Positions 35,191-47,690 of a DNA stretch of 64,000 nt are shown in pieces. Source of the DNA: Guillardia theta CCMP2712 (Eukaryota > Protista > Cryptophyta); NCBI RefSeq assembly GCF_000315625.1, contig NW_005434527.1:37941-101940 (forward strand). The letters run 5' to 3'. Position 1 is the stretch's first letter; every line of letters starts with the position of its first letter. Below the pieces are notes generated by a model that saw nothing but the letters and a program-made list of their open reading frames with translations, was not told the DNA's origin and made no database searches. The translations under genes were made by a program, and so were the position numbers.

Positions 35191-38100
35191 ATGAGATTTG
35201 TTCCTGATCAAGAGGCAGCTCTTAGAGCCCGTTTGATTGACCAACTGTCAACGCTGTCTGAAGCCGAACCTCCTGTCTTAGCAGAATATGTTATCGCTCT
35301 TCTAAAGAATGACGTCGCGCTCGATGACCTCAAAAAGACTTGCAATGATGAACTTCACGACTTTTTGCAAGACAACACTCCGGTGAAAAGGCACTTCCTA
35401 ATCGATGTTGTATGACATTATTTTCAGCTTTTCGTTGATAAGCTGTTCGAAGATCTCCAGGATTGGAGCTGGATGTCAGGAGCCAAAAAACAAGTTTCAG
35501 CAACTATTCTGCAGGGCCAAGTCCTTGATCATCAGGACGAGATTGAGAGGGACGAACACACTTCGCAGTCCAACATCGGAAAGCACGCCCGTGAAGGAGG
35601 GGCCAAGTCGGAGGGTAGCAAAGTGACGTCTTCAGAAAAAGAGCAAGCTTCGAGCTGGAAGGAGGCAGAGGAAGCAGAAATGTCAAGAGTTCCTTCGGGG
35701 GGGCCTTCGAAGCGCCGTAGGAGGGAGAGAAGTCGAAGTTCAGGCGATGAGGAAGACGAACGAGAGAGTCGCCGTAGAAATCGCGACAGAAGAGGAAAGT
35801 CTTCGTCCTCTGAGGATGAACAAGACAGAAGAGGAAGGGAGGATAGGAGGCAGATGGATCGCAAGCGTGAATGGGATAGCAGGGATGCTCGATCTAGAGA
35901 CAGAGGCTGGCAAGGTCATGGATCATCCCATCATCAGTACAGAGGACCAACGGGAAGAGGCGGCCATGCGCCTCCTAACTTCATGGGCGTTGGGCTTTCA
36001 CTCCTTGGAATGCCCTTCGGCCCCATGGGTATTCCGCCTAAGGGCGGCATGGGCGCCTTCGGGTTTGGGGGCGCTGTTGCACCAAACAATCCCAGTTTTG
36101 GATCCAGCGGCAAGCTGGAATCCGGTGGTGGTAACGCCGAAGATTACAATCCGGAAAATCCAGCAGTCCCAGAATTGCAACAACGACAAATGATCATGAA
36201 TAATCCTTCACAGCCCATGTTTCCCTTGCCTCTGCCGTCTCCCCAGGAACTGCAGAGATTCCTACGTCAGCATATTCAGAATCAGCTTTCCGCGGGGCGG
36301 GGAAAGTTGAATCAGCCTGTGGGTGGAATGCGGGACCGGAGTCGAAAAGATTTTGATTGGCAACCCAACGAAAATCGCCCAGGCACCAACGGTGAGAAGC
36401 CTCAGACAGTACAGCCAACCCTGTGTGTTGTTCGTTGACTGTGCAAGTAGGAGAATCTTGGGATGCTGGAAGAGGCGGAAGCAATGTCGAGAGCAGAGAA
36501 GGAAGAAACGAAAACCGGCCTCGTGTTGAATGGAAAACTGTGAGCGATACCATTTTGGTCACTCAGATTCCTGAGAACCAATGTACCGAACGACAGGTAT
36601 GCTTGTGACAGCGTGCTTGTTCTCCACTTGTAATTTCAGCTACAGCTTCGCTCTCACTTTCAGAAATTTGGAGTGATTGCAAAGATATCTATTGATGACA
36701 AAGTAGACGACAAGAACAACAAGAGTGCCAAGATTACCTTTACATCACATCCGATGGCCAAAGCAGCCATCGGATGCGTGGATGCCGTTTTCTCAAATCG
36801 TTTTATACAGGTCTTCAGTCTCCTTAAGGTTGTTCGATACATGTTTGATGTATCGTCGCAGGTCAAATGGGCTGCACCTTCGGGAATGGATCATGGAAAT
36901 GGTTCCCTGCAATTGTTTTTGCAAGCGAGTGCTCTTAACTCTACTTTACTCTCAGCGGCTACACAGCAGGGAAAGTTGTCTCAACACGCAGACAGCGGTG
37001 GCAGAAAAATCATTGGAAAGGCCAAAGGCATGAATTTTGTCCGTGCAGAAGGCGATGCGAACGAGGTATTGCGGTGGGGTTGAGGTTCATCCACGTCTGA
37101 ATCGACCTAGGGCGGGAGCTTAGCGTTGAGTTCTACTGCAGAGACCCTTGAAGATTTACTTGCCCGACAGAAAGAGGCGTGTTTGCAATGATCATGCCGC
37201 CTTGCACTCGAAGAGTGGAGAACTGACTGATTGCCAAAGGTCTTGGCTGCCCTAACTGCCAAAGGAGCTGGAGAACTGAGTGCTGATGAGAAAGTGAACT
37301 TAAAGAAGGAATTTGCTGAGCTGAAATCTAAGGTTGTTTTCGTCTACGTCCAGATGACTCGATCGAGTGAAATGCATGGCAGGTACAAGCTGCGCTGAAA
37401 AGGAAGCAAGAGCAAGCGGAGGCCGCGGCCTTGGCTGCGACTGCTCCAGCCCATCCCCCGATTCGTGGAGGATTTCGAGGAGGTAGAGGAGCAGGTAGAG
37501 GGATGGGAAGGGGACACTTCCATGGAGCTCCGCCAGTCAACAGGGGACCGAAAGCGATTCTGGTAAGTTGGGACGCTTTAATCCTGCATGCTTGACTTGC
37601 CTCAATTCACTTGCTGGGCAGATCTCGAATCTTCATCCGGATATAAGCTTTGAGGGCTTACTGCGGAGCCACTTTCAAAGCTACGGACCGGTCGGAGAGA
37701 TTGAGTTTCAAGAGGATAAAACAAGCTGGTGAGGGACAAGACTTGATGTGATTCGTTGATGAATGTGGAGATAGTGTGGTTCATTTCGCGACAAGGGGAG
37801 CCGCCTCGCATGCCCTGCGGCATGCTACTTTTCTCAATGGAAAGGTAACGAACACAATCTGCCGTCGCCTGTTATTGCTGCAACTCTCATGCGTGCGAAG
37901 ATTTGTGTGAGATCTGCGTGCTCTTGATCGCCGTCGGTCATTCCAGGCACTCACGACAAACTGACATGCGATGTATAGACTCTCACACTCTCGTGGTTCG
38001 AACCTCCAGAGACGGCAGGGACGGAAGAGGTGACGTGCTTGATTTGCTCTGACTTGTCTAATCTGCATTCCCCTCCTTCAGTCCAACGATCAGAATGGAG

Positions 38101-38257
38101 ATGAAGGAGAAAAGAGTTCAGCGATGGAGGAGGAAGCGAACGAAGGCGCCATGGAAGCGGACGCAGGCGACAAAGTTGAAGGAGTTGAGGAGGAGCAAGG
38201 TGTACTTGCTGGTGTTGTTCGCTCCAGGGCTATTTTGACCTCACGACAGAGTGCTGA
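35191..38257 (+). CDS. RBM26/RBM27-like RNA-binding protein (PWI + RS-rich + RRM), multi-exon
   Basis: PWI (SEAEPPVLAEYVIALLK...ELHDFL...FVDKLF), YNPENP motif, RRM ending AVFSNRFIQVKW; 3' end approximate. Confidence 0.85.
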
Positions 38258-38428
38258 AGGGAGGAGACTCTGTATTAGGCGAAAGAATATTCTTTGAGAC
38301 CACTTGAAGTCTGCCGAAGGCTTCAGGAAGCTACTTGAGATGTAAACATACCTAGGCGAAGCTCCGCTCTCGCTTCATGAGCAGGACTTGTGAATGTTGC
38401 CAAGAAAAATAAGTTTGACTGTCTAAAG

Positions 38429-38550
38429 AGCGGTGCTATGAGCGGTACTATGCTATCAGCGGTACTATGAGAGGTACTATGAGTGATACTATCAGTGGTA
38501 CTATGAGTGGCACTATAAGCGGTACTATCTGCACTCAGTACTATAAGCGG
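38429..38550. repeat. degenerate 12-bp minisatellite (AGCGGTACTATG), about 9 units
   Basis: agcggtgctatg agcggtactatg ... agaggtactatg agtgatactatc agtggtactatg agtggcactata agcggtactatc. Confidence 0.85.
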
Positions 38551-38688
38551 CTGTACCGGACTGATCCGAGTGAGTTGGGCAACTCCCATGAGAACGGCAG
38601 TGAAATCTCCCTGGAAATCTCCAGAAACAAGAATGAAAGAGCGGGGATGTGGGTATGGATTTCGGAGGGTGACATGGCAGGGTAGACC

Positions 38689-41621
38689 ATGGAAGGGGAG
38701 CGGACGCTGTTGCTAGTCGGAGACGATGGAGGAGAAGAGAGCGGGAGAAGAGAAGGAGGAAGGGGAGTAGGAAGATGGATCTCGAGGAACTGCTGCTCAG
38801 GAAGGATCCCCGTCCTTGCATGCTCGATCGTCGTCGCTCTCTTCGTCGGAGCGTTGCACCTGCTCCCAGAGGACGCCTCTCACCAGACGTTCTCGAGAGC
38901 CAAAGGCAAAGCAACAGGCCAGCAGCTGAAGCATGCTGATCATGCTCATGTTAGAGCTCCCAGATCCTCCACCATCTCCTCCTCGATGCTGAGCAAGATA
39001 CCCAGTGACATGCGTGCTTCTATCAACTCGAGTGCGGACCCGTGCACGGACTTTTACGAGTTCTCTTGTGGGCAATGGCTGGAGGAGACGAGCATACCCT
39101 CTTGGCAGTCCTCATGGGCTAAGCAGTGGGACGGGGTTACCACAGATGTTGAGCACGAGACAGTCAAGGCGCTCCAGAAGGACGCGGGGCCAGCAGGAAC
39201 ATTTTTCCGTTCCTGCATGGACACGGCTACGATACAGAAGCTCGGCAACGCTCCTCTCAAGCCATGGATGAATGGCGTGGAGCTAGTGAAGGATCATGCC
39301 TCCTTCATGCGATCTCTTGCAAACTTCGCTCTGTCCGACATGACGGTCTTCTTCGGGTGGTGGGTCGATGCAGACAGCATTGACTCGAGCATCAACAGCT
39401 TCTTCATAGCGCAAGGCGGCATCACCATGCCCGACCGCTCCTACTACATCGACCCGTCCAAGAGCATGGCGAAGAAGAGGCTGGCCTTCAAGACGATGGT
39501 GTTGAACATCATGCAGCTGTCGGGGAGGACCAGGTCTGAGGCGGTCGAGGACGCGAACAACGTCATGGAGCTTGAGACAGCCATAGCGAGAGCTATGAAG
39601 GACAACGCAGCGGAGCGAGACGAGCATGGGGAGAGGATGCGCGTCTCTGAGCTTCAGCAGCTTGTGTCGAGCATCGACTGGAAGAGCTGGCTGAAGATGC
39701 TGGGTTGCCCGGACGTGGGGAGCGGGAAGGGAAGACATTTGATTGTGAAGAACAAAGAGTTTCTGACCAAGGTAGGAGAGCTGATGAAGACCTCCAGCTA
39801 CGACAAGATCAGAAGCTACTTGCGATGGCAGGCAGTCTACAGCTTCGCTCCGTACCTGTCCTTCCCTTTCGAAGACGAGCTTGTGAGGTACAACAACGAG
39901 ATCTACGGGATCTCAAAGCTTCCTCCGAGATGGCGCAAGTGTTTCTTCTCAACCGGAGAAGCGATGGACATGCATGTTTCTCGAGTCTTCGTGAACCATT
40001 ACTTCCCCGAGTCATCACGTCGACATGCCCTCGACATGTTGATGCAAATCCGTGAGCAGTTCAATCAGACGCTGCAGAAGAAGGAGTGGATGGATGAGGC
40101 GGCGCGTGTTAAGGCTGTCTACAAGCTTCAGCACATGTTCCTCGAGGTCGGCCATCCCTCTGTGTGGCCTCCTAGCGCCTTCCAAGACTTCAAGAGCTTC
40201 GGGGGCATCCGGGACAACACTTACTTCGACAACATCGTCGCCACTAACGCATTTGACGTGCAAAACGCGCTGTCACGGTTGGGCAAGAAGGTCGACAGAC
40301 GACGATGGGGCAGCTCATCGGCGACAGACGTCAACTCCTACTACTCGAGGAAGGTCAACGGAATTTTCATCCCCGCAGGCATCCTCCAGCCTCCTTTCTA
40401 CAGCCCGACACAGGCCATTGCCAGAAACTATGGCAGCGTCGGTTCCATCTGCGGGCACGAAATGACCCACGGCTTCGATGACATCGGTACCTCCCGCCTG
40501 GTTGCTGGTCGCAGCTGACGCATAGAGCCCAGGACGTGAGTATGACGCGGATGGGAATAGAAATGGCTGGTGGGACGAGCAGGTGGTGAAGAACTTCAAG
40601 GAACGAGCCAAGTGCATATCCGAGCTCTTCTCTAGCTATGAGGTCGACGGCAAGGTTGCTACGCTCCCTCCTTGCCCCTCCTCTTCCTCCCCTTCCCTCC
40701 TCGTTCCTCTATCTCCACTTCCTCCCCTTCCCACCTCTTTGCTCTATCTCCCATTCCTTCCCTCCCCGCTCTTTCCTGCATCCCCTCATACGGTTCCTCC
40801 TGCTCTCAGTCCTCCTGTTCTCCTTGTCGCCTCTGCTCGTCTCACTGATTGTTTTCCTGCTCCTTGACCAACAGCATGTCAATGGAGAGCTGACGCTAGG
40901 TGAGGCCATCGCGGACTCCGGAGGTCTCAAGGTGAAGCTCCTCTTGCTCCACGTGCTCTCCTTGTTCACTCCCCGACAGTTCTCCTGGGAATCTTTTCTG
41001 CATGCATATCAGCCGTCGCACACAGACCGGTAGCGGAGCGTTGGCTGACTTGTTTGAAGTTGATCTCTCCTGCCAGGATGTTGTTCTTCATCGCCATGGG
41101 GCAGACATGGTGTGAAAAACTCAAACCGCAGGTCAGTCTCTATCTTCTCCTTGTTTGCCGCCACTTGCTCTCTACCTTCTCCTTGTTTGCCGCCACTTGC
41201 TCTTCTCCTCTGCTCCTCCTCGCCCCTTTCCTTCTGCTAAACTTTTTCATTCAGGGAGCCAAGGCTTCACTTCTCACTGATCAGGTCGATTGTCTGTCTT
41301 TATTCACCCCGTCTCTCCTCCCCTCCTCCTCCTCTCCTCCTCCTCTCCTCCTCCTCCTCCTCCTCCTCTCCTCCTCCTCCTCCTCCCTCTCCTCTTCCTC
41401 CTCCTTCCTCCTCCTTCCTCTCCTCCTCCTCCTCCTTCTCTTCCCCCTCCTCCCTTATCTTGCTCTGGCTCTTTGTTTCTCTCACTCCTCATCTTTGGCA
41501 GCACCCTCCTTCCAAGTTTCGCGTCATCGGAACTCTCAGTCAGTTCGCTCCGTTCGCGGAGACTTTCAGGTGTCCTGTTGGCTCTCCCATGAATCCCGCA
41601 CGGCGATGTCACTTGTGGTAA
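38689..41621 (+). CDS. M13 family zinc metallopeptidase (neprilysin/endothelin-converting-enzyme-like), type II membrane protein
   Basis: N-terminal [64 protein letters not shown]. Confidence 0.95.
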
Positions 41622-41938
41622 TGGGGAGAGTCGGCGCACAGCACATGTCGAAAGAGAATCAAAACAATCTTATCTATTAGACTTCCAATGAAGATTCACA
41701 CACATGGATTTCAGTTTCAAAGATTCTGTTGGAGGAACTTGTTGTTTGATATGGAGCATGATTGTTTTAGATCATGTAGATTATGAAGAGCGTGTAGGGC
41801 TGGAACACATGGAGAGCATGGTGAGCATGAAGAGCGTTTCATCAGCGGCGCTGTCCTGCCAGTGTCCTTCTCACCATAAAATTTCATTAGCTTTTAAAAC
41901 CAATAATATCCCGTATAAAGGCTTTAGGGGGACCAACC

Positions 41939-42619
41939 ATGGCAGCTCCGCTACCTCTTTCCTTCCTCCTCCTGCCCCTCTCCCTCTCCCTTCGATCAGC
42001 TCCCCCTCACTTCTCCTTCTCTCCCTCCTCCCTCCTCTCCTCCTCTCCCTCCTCCCTCCTCTCCCGCTCTCCTTCCCGCTCTCCTTCTCTCACTTGCGCC
42101 AGGCCTCCTCGACCATGCCGCGCTTGTTCATCTGCCATGTCGAAGACGCCGGGAGGGGGAGAGGAGGAGGGGCAGTACCATGAGGTAGAGTACAAGGGAG
42201 AGAAGCTGAGGGTGAAGGACGGGGAGCTCCTTCGCTCCTCCCTCCTGCGAGCCTCCCTCTCCCCTCACAACTCCCTCGCTCAGACTATCAACTGCCGCGG
42301 GCTGGGAACCTGCGGCACCTGCGCCGTCAGCATCCAAGGACGCGTGTCTCCTGCCGAATGGACCGCCATGGAGCGAGCTCGTCTCAACTTCCCCCCGTAC
42401 AGCAACGACAACAACTCGCTCCTCCGCCTCGCCTGCCAGGTCCATCCCGCCTCCTCCTCCCCTCCTCTGACGTGCGACCGGTAGGTGCGAGTACAGGGCG
42501 ACCTCAAGGTCACCAAGTTCGACAAGTTTTGGGGTCAAGGCAAGGAGGAGACGCGTGACAAGAAGTTTACAGCTCCTCTGGGAGAGCTGGAGTACATCCT
42601 AGATCGCAAGAGAGAGTAG
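41939..42619 (+). CDS. 2Fe-2S ferredoxin of cyanobacterial type with bipartite-like leader (1 intron)
   Basis: NCRGLGTCGTCAV...RLACQ|VRVQGDLKVTKFDKFWG; hydrophobic then Ser/Pro/Arg-rich N-terminus. Confidence 0.85.
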
Positions 42620-42731
42620 CGGGAGGAGGAGGAGAGGACAGACTTGCGAGACAGGAGGAAGAGACAGTGACCTTGAGGTTTGAGATGATACAAGAATTCC
42701 TTCAGGTTAAACAAATCTCCTGCTCCTGCTC

Positions 42732-43312
42732 CTACCTCCACCCGACCTTGGACTTGGAACGCTCAAACCCGAAACGCTCCTTGTTGGAGGGCTTGCCATG
42801 AGCCGAGGATGGCCGTTGATCCTTGGGCAGCTTGAGGATCGAGTCTCTGCTGTGGGGAGATCAAATCAGACAAGGAAGAGAGGGGAGGGGAGGGGAGGGG
42901 AGGGGAGCACCTGGAGCTTGTTGCTGTGGAGGGACGAGGAGCAGAGCGGGGGGGATGCAACGAAGTTGCGTCAGTCTGTGAGCGGGTGACGAGGCGAGGA
43001 ATCGCTGTCGTCTCTTTCTTGGACAGCAGCCGTTTGGTCTCCTCCTTCTTCTGCCTGAACCTGCCGCAAACCGTCATCGCCTCCTTCTCCTCCTCGCTGC
43101 TCAGAGACCTGGCAAGTCTTTCCTCCAGCGTCTCGCACTTGTTCCCATCCTTGTTCTCGTCTCCGAAGGTTCCACTGCTCTCATCCTTGCCACTTGCATG
43201 TGGGGCCCGCTCCTCTTCCTCCTCCTCCTCCTGTTGCTCCTCCTTTACCTCCTCAGCATTCCAGTCTGACAGCGAGTACAGCGACTCGAAGCCCGAGGGA
43301 CCTGAGGAGGAT

Positions 43313-43348
<36 letters not shown>

Positions 43349-46300
43349 CCTGTGCTCTGACCCGAGAGAGAGGAGCGATGGGTGAGCAGGGTATGCCTGT
43401 GGACGGAGTCCTTGTGTCCTCCGAACTCAAAGCTGGACGAAGACAACCTCCTGTGCTCAGGCGAGGAGGAGGAAGAGGAGGAGGAAGCAGAAGCAGGGGC
43501 GGAGGCCTCCGGTTGCTGGGAGGCGGGAGGATCGCAAAGGGTCTTGACGTCACGTTTCTTCTCCTCCTTCATCTGCTTTCTCAATCTTTCGTTCTCCTCC
43601 TTTTGCTTCCGTTCTTCCACCTGCTCAGCATCAGAGGCACATGGCGAGGGAAGAGGCGCAGGCACCTCCTTCTTCTCGAGCTTCTCCTGCAGCATCGCCA
43701 GCTGCTCTTCCAGCTTCTGCTTGTCCTCCTCGACCCTCCTCGCGCTCTCCTTCGCCTCCTGCACCACCTGCTGCATCTCCTTGAGGGCAGCCGCCGACCC
43801 TCCATCTCCCCTCCTCTTTGCTCCTCCAAGCTCCACCCCCCGGGCCCTCGTCGCAAACTGCAGGGAGCAGGACGTCTCTGGTGCATCGGAGTCGCAGGGG
43901 GAGGAGCAGACGAACATGAGGACCTTGGCATCGCCTGCGAGCGAGTCCTGCAGGAGGTGGGTGAGCTTCGAGTCCCTGAAGGGGATGTGCTTGCTCTTGG
44001 CCACGAGAGCAGACACGCAGTTGCCCAACGCCGACAGCGACTTGTTGATGTTCTTCGCCTCCGTCAGCCGCTCCCCAGTCGCCCCAGTCCTTGACAGCCT
44101 CTGCAACTCCGTGAGGAAGGGGAGGGGAGGAAGAGANNNNNNNNNNNNNNNNNNNNNNNNNNNNNNNNNNNNNNNNNNNNNNNNNNNNNNNNNNNNNNNN
44201 NNNNNNNNNNNNNNNNNNNNNNNNNNNNNNNNNNNNCGAGCAGCCCTCGCTCGCGATCGGATCAAACTCAGGCCCATCGCCGCCGTTGGCGAAATGGGTG
44301 CAGGTTGTCCAACCTAGCCGTCGCCTAATCTCCCACCATCACCCCTCGGGTCGTCAAGTCGGGGGGGGGGAAGGGGAGCCTGAGAGGAAGTGGAGGGGAG
44401 GGGATGGGATCACCTCGGAGCCAGCGAGGTCGATGAGGTGCATCTTGCCAAAGAAGTTGCCGCCCTTGAGGAGGTCATGGCAGGTGACGTAGACGGAGAA
44501 GACGCAGTGGGAGCGGCTGCTCTGCTCGTTCATCTGCGTCGAGCTCGTCGAGCGATTCTTCATCCCCAGCGCGATCACACGCTGAACGTCCTGAGGAGGA
44601 GGAGCGGTCACGGGTAGGAGAGCGGCCGAGGCAGGAGAAAGAAGGGAAAGGAGGGGGAGGAGATACCTCGAGATCTTGGACAGTGACGAGCTTGAGGTCA
44701 GGGACGTATGTGGAGGAGGTGGAGGAGGAGGAGGGATCAGGTTTGACGTCCAGTCGCTTCATCTCCCCCTTGGAGTCGTGCAACTCCAGCAAGTCCTTGA
44801 GCTGCTCGTTGTAGATCTCCATCAGGCTCACCTGCACACAGTCAGCTGGAGATGAAAGCTGGGAACGAGCTGGACCTTGAACTCGTACTTCATGGTGGTT
44901 CGTCGCTCGAGGGCGAGGCGGAAGAGCATGTCAAGCGCGCGGTAGTTCACGCCCCTCGCCTCGCTCCTCCCCTCCATCGTGTGAGTCTTTCCGCTGCCTG
45001 TCTGCCCGTACGCAAAGATGCAGATGTTATAGCCGTCCATGACCTGCAAGGCTGCTGAGTCAGAAGAGGCAGGCAGAGCAAAGGAGGAGGAGAGGGAGGA
45101 GGAGGAGGAGGAGGAGAAGGAGGAGGATGGGGGAAGAAGGCAATCTGCTGCGAACCGAGACGACAAGAGGAGCAGTCTCTTCGAAGACTTCCTCCTGCGA
45201 GGAATCGGAGGAGAAGATCTTGTCGAAGCTGAAGTTGGAGATCTTCCCTCCCACATTGAGGTTCAGCTCTGTGTCGGAGGTGCACTGGATCGCGTTCTTC
45301 TTCCCGCTCTGCTTCTCTGACTCCGAGATCTGAGCGCCAGTCAAGAGAGAGCAGGAGGAGGGAGTGGAAGGAGTCAGGGAAGAGGGGGGAGTCGAGGAGG
45401 AGAAGGCTACCGGACGAACTCGGCAGAAGACTCGGATGTTTCCCTTGAGCTCTTGAACCTGCGGCATGTATGAGAACAGCGATCACGTTCTGCCCCTCCT
45501 GCTCCACATCCCCATCCGTCTTTCCTACCAGGTTGTGCAGGCGCCGCCTCTCAGCTACTTCCTCCTTGAACTTCAGATTGGTCTCGTCCAGCCCTGACTG
45601 GATGGAGCTGGCAACCTGAAGGATGCTCTTCTCCAGCAGGCCACCAGCATCCTTGAGCGATGGCAGGATTGAGCTTCTGACATCCATCACGTACCCTCGG
45701 AGCGCAGCAAACTCCTCTCGGATGCTGCCAAGGGAGGTCTGGACCGAGCGGATGCTACCTCGCAGCCTCCTCGACTTCATCTTGCCTCTCTGAACCTCCT
45801 CCTCCAGCTCCAGCTTGAGCTTTCCCAGCTCCTCCTCCTTCACCTTCATCCGGTCGCTGCTCGCTTGCTTGAACTTGTCGTGCGACTCCTCCATCTCTCG
45901 CTTCTCTTGCTCCAAACACTGCGATCGTTCTTTCTCCAGCAGATACTCCGGCTGTGCCTCGATGTCGACGGGGGCCGAGGAGGACTCCATTCTGTCCCTC
46001 ATCGCCCTCTTGAGCCTTTTGATCGCCTGCTCCACCAGGTCGTCACTGTCCTCGTTGACCTCGCACACGCCCATGCTCTTCACGTCCCCGCCGCTGGCCA
46101 GCAGGTCGCAGAGGGAGGAGAGCTCCGCCACGAGCGCCTCCATCTTCCTCTGAGAGGCCTCCTGGTCACCCTTGCCGGGCGAGCTCTCCTGAATGTTTGG
46201 CATCAGGTACTTCATGCTCATCGCCAGTTCGTCCTTGTCCTCAGCCTGCGACATCTCCTGGTCGGGTCGGAGGTAGGATTCATCCAGCATCGAGTCGCCG

Positions 46301-47067
46301 GGGTCTCTGCAGTCCTGGAAGCAAGATTGACGTGCCATGCTCTGCCTCAACCCTTCTGCACAGTCCTGGAAGCCACTCTCAGACGCTCTCCCTGCCATGC
46401 TCCGCCTCATCATCGCTCTGGTGCTGTCAAACTGTGGAGGAGGAAGCATCGAGTCCCTCGGAGATCGCACTTGCTTCAGCGTAGGCAACTCAGGTATCCA
46501 TGGGCCAGATTCAGCAGCATCAGGGTGCGAGGACGATGAGATGTTGTCTGTCTGGATGTCTTCTTCGCATGTGATGTAATCGTGAATCCTGAACGTGTCT
46601 GTTTCAAGAATCTTCTGTTTGCGAACTATTGCGCTCCTCCAAACAAGCCTCCCGTCCAAGTCCTTGAGCATGTATTGATACACGATTTCAAGGGAAACGG
46701 GGAAATAAATCTCAATCTCCCAGTTCCCATCGCCATTTCTCTTCATCCTCTTCGCTTTCTTCTCCTCCCAGTTCCCCAGGTGCTTGGAGGATCCTGTCAT
46801 GTACATTTCAACTCCAACGTCGTCCACTTGAGGGCGACTGGGAGGATGATTCACGCGAAAGATCACTTTCGCCAATCTTTCATCCTCATGGTCAAGTTTG
46901 GCTGCCATGCCAGCTGAGCTCATTAGCGCCTGCGTCATTCCCTTCTCTACGACTGCGATGGGCGTGCGAAGGAGGTCCAAGAAGGCCCGGTTCCTGCTCA
47001 GACATGCGTCAGAAGGAGCTGAGGACTGTGACTTGCTTTCATCTCACCCATGACCGGGACTGAACAT
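42732..47067 (-). CDS. kinesin-14 motor with N-terminal CBM20 domain and coiled coil; spans assembly gap (N 44137-44236)
   Basis: [23 protein letters not shown] neck, [35 protein letters not shown]; N-terminal [10 protein letters not shown]...W...YQY...VW; ends KVGWR*. Confidence 0.9.
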
Positions 47068-47249
47068 CTCGAGAGTGTCTAGAACGGCTTTCCTCGGGCT
47101 GAACAAGGGCGTTTCCCTTGCTCCTTTCCCTCCCTCCCCTTGCATTCCACCGTTGCAAAACCAGAAATTCAAAAAGGTGTGTATGGTTTGCCTACCGGTC
47201 CATTTAGGCTGTTTGTGTCGATTGGGGTATGGTGGGTGGGTTGAATTTC

Positions 47250-47690
47250 ACGGTTTAGAGGGCCCGGCCGGGCCCGCCGCGCCGATTACTCGAGGCTACA
47301 CTCGGCAGCTGAGCAGCCTGCGGGCCGGGCCCAGCCACGGTGCCAGTGTACGGTACGGTACCAGTCCGAGGCAGAGTCCGAGGCCGCGGAGGCGCGTGGC
47401 GCGCGGCGCCGGCCGCACGGTGCCACGGTGCAGGGCACTCTCGCCCTTGCGGCGCGCGTCCTGCATCCTGTTGCCTGCCGCACGGTGCCCTCCCCCTCAG
47501 GGCCTGGCACAGTGCAGGCCGCTCAGCCGCTGCCCGGCGGCCGCGAGAGTCCGACTGTGACGGTGACTGCCGCTGTGCGGCGGCGCCCGGGTCCAACCGG
47601 GTCACCGGACCCATCATCCGAAAGGCACGGTGCCATGATGATCGGACCCGTCGATTCCTTGGAGCGGTGCTGTCAGACAACTTGCAAGTT
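47250..47690. other. GC/CpG-rich intergenic island upstream of kinesin gene
   Basis: very GC-rich, acggtacggtac and cacggtgcc micro-repeats, no credible ORF. Confidence 0.65.

Noticed and set aside
38429-38550. Tandem repeats as CRISPR array (also 18276-18366, 61800-62160)
   Set aside because: No unique spacers, eukaryotic context, no cas genes; the last is a coding repeat
43378-44317. Long plus-strand ORFs opposite kinesin and other GC-rich genes
   Set aside because: Antisense shadows of GC-rich coding sequence
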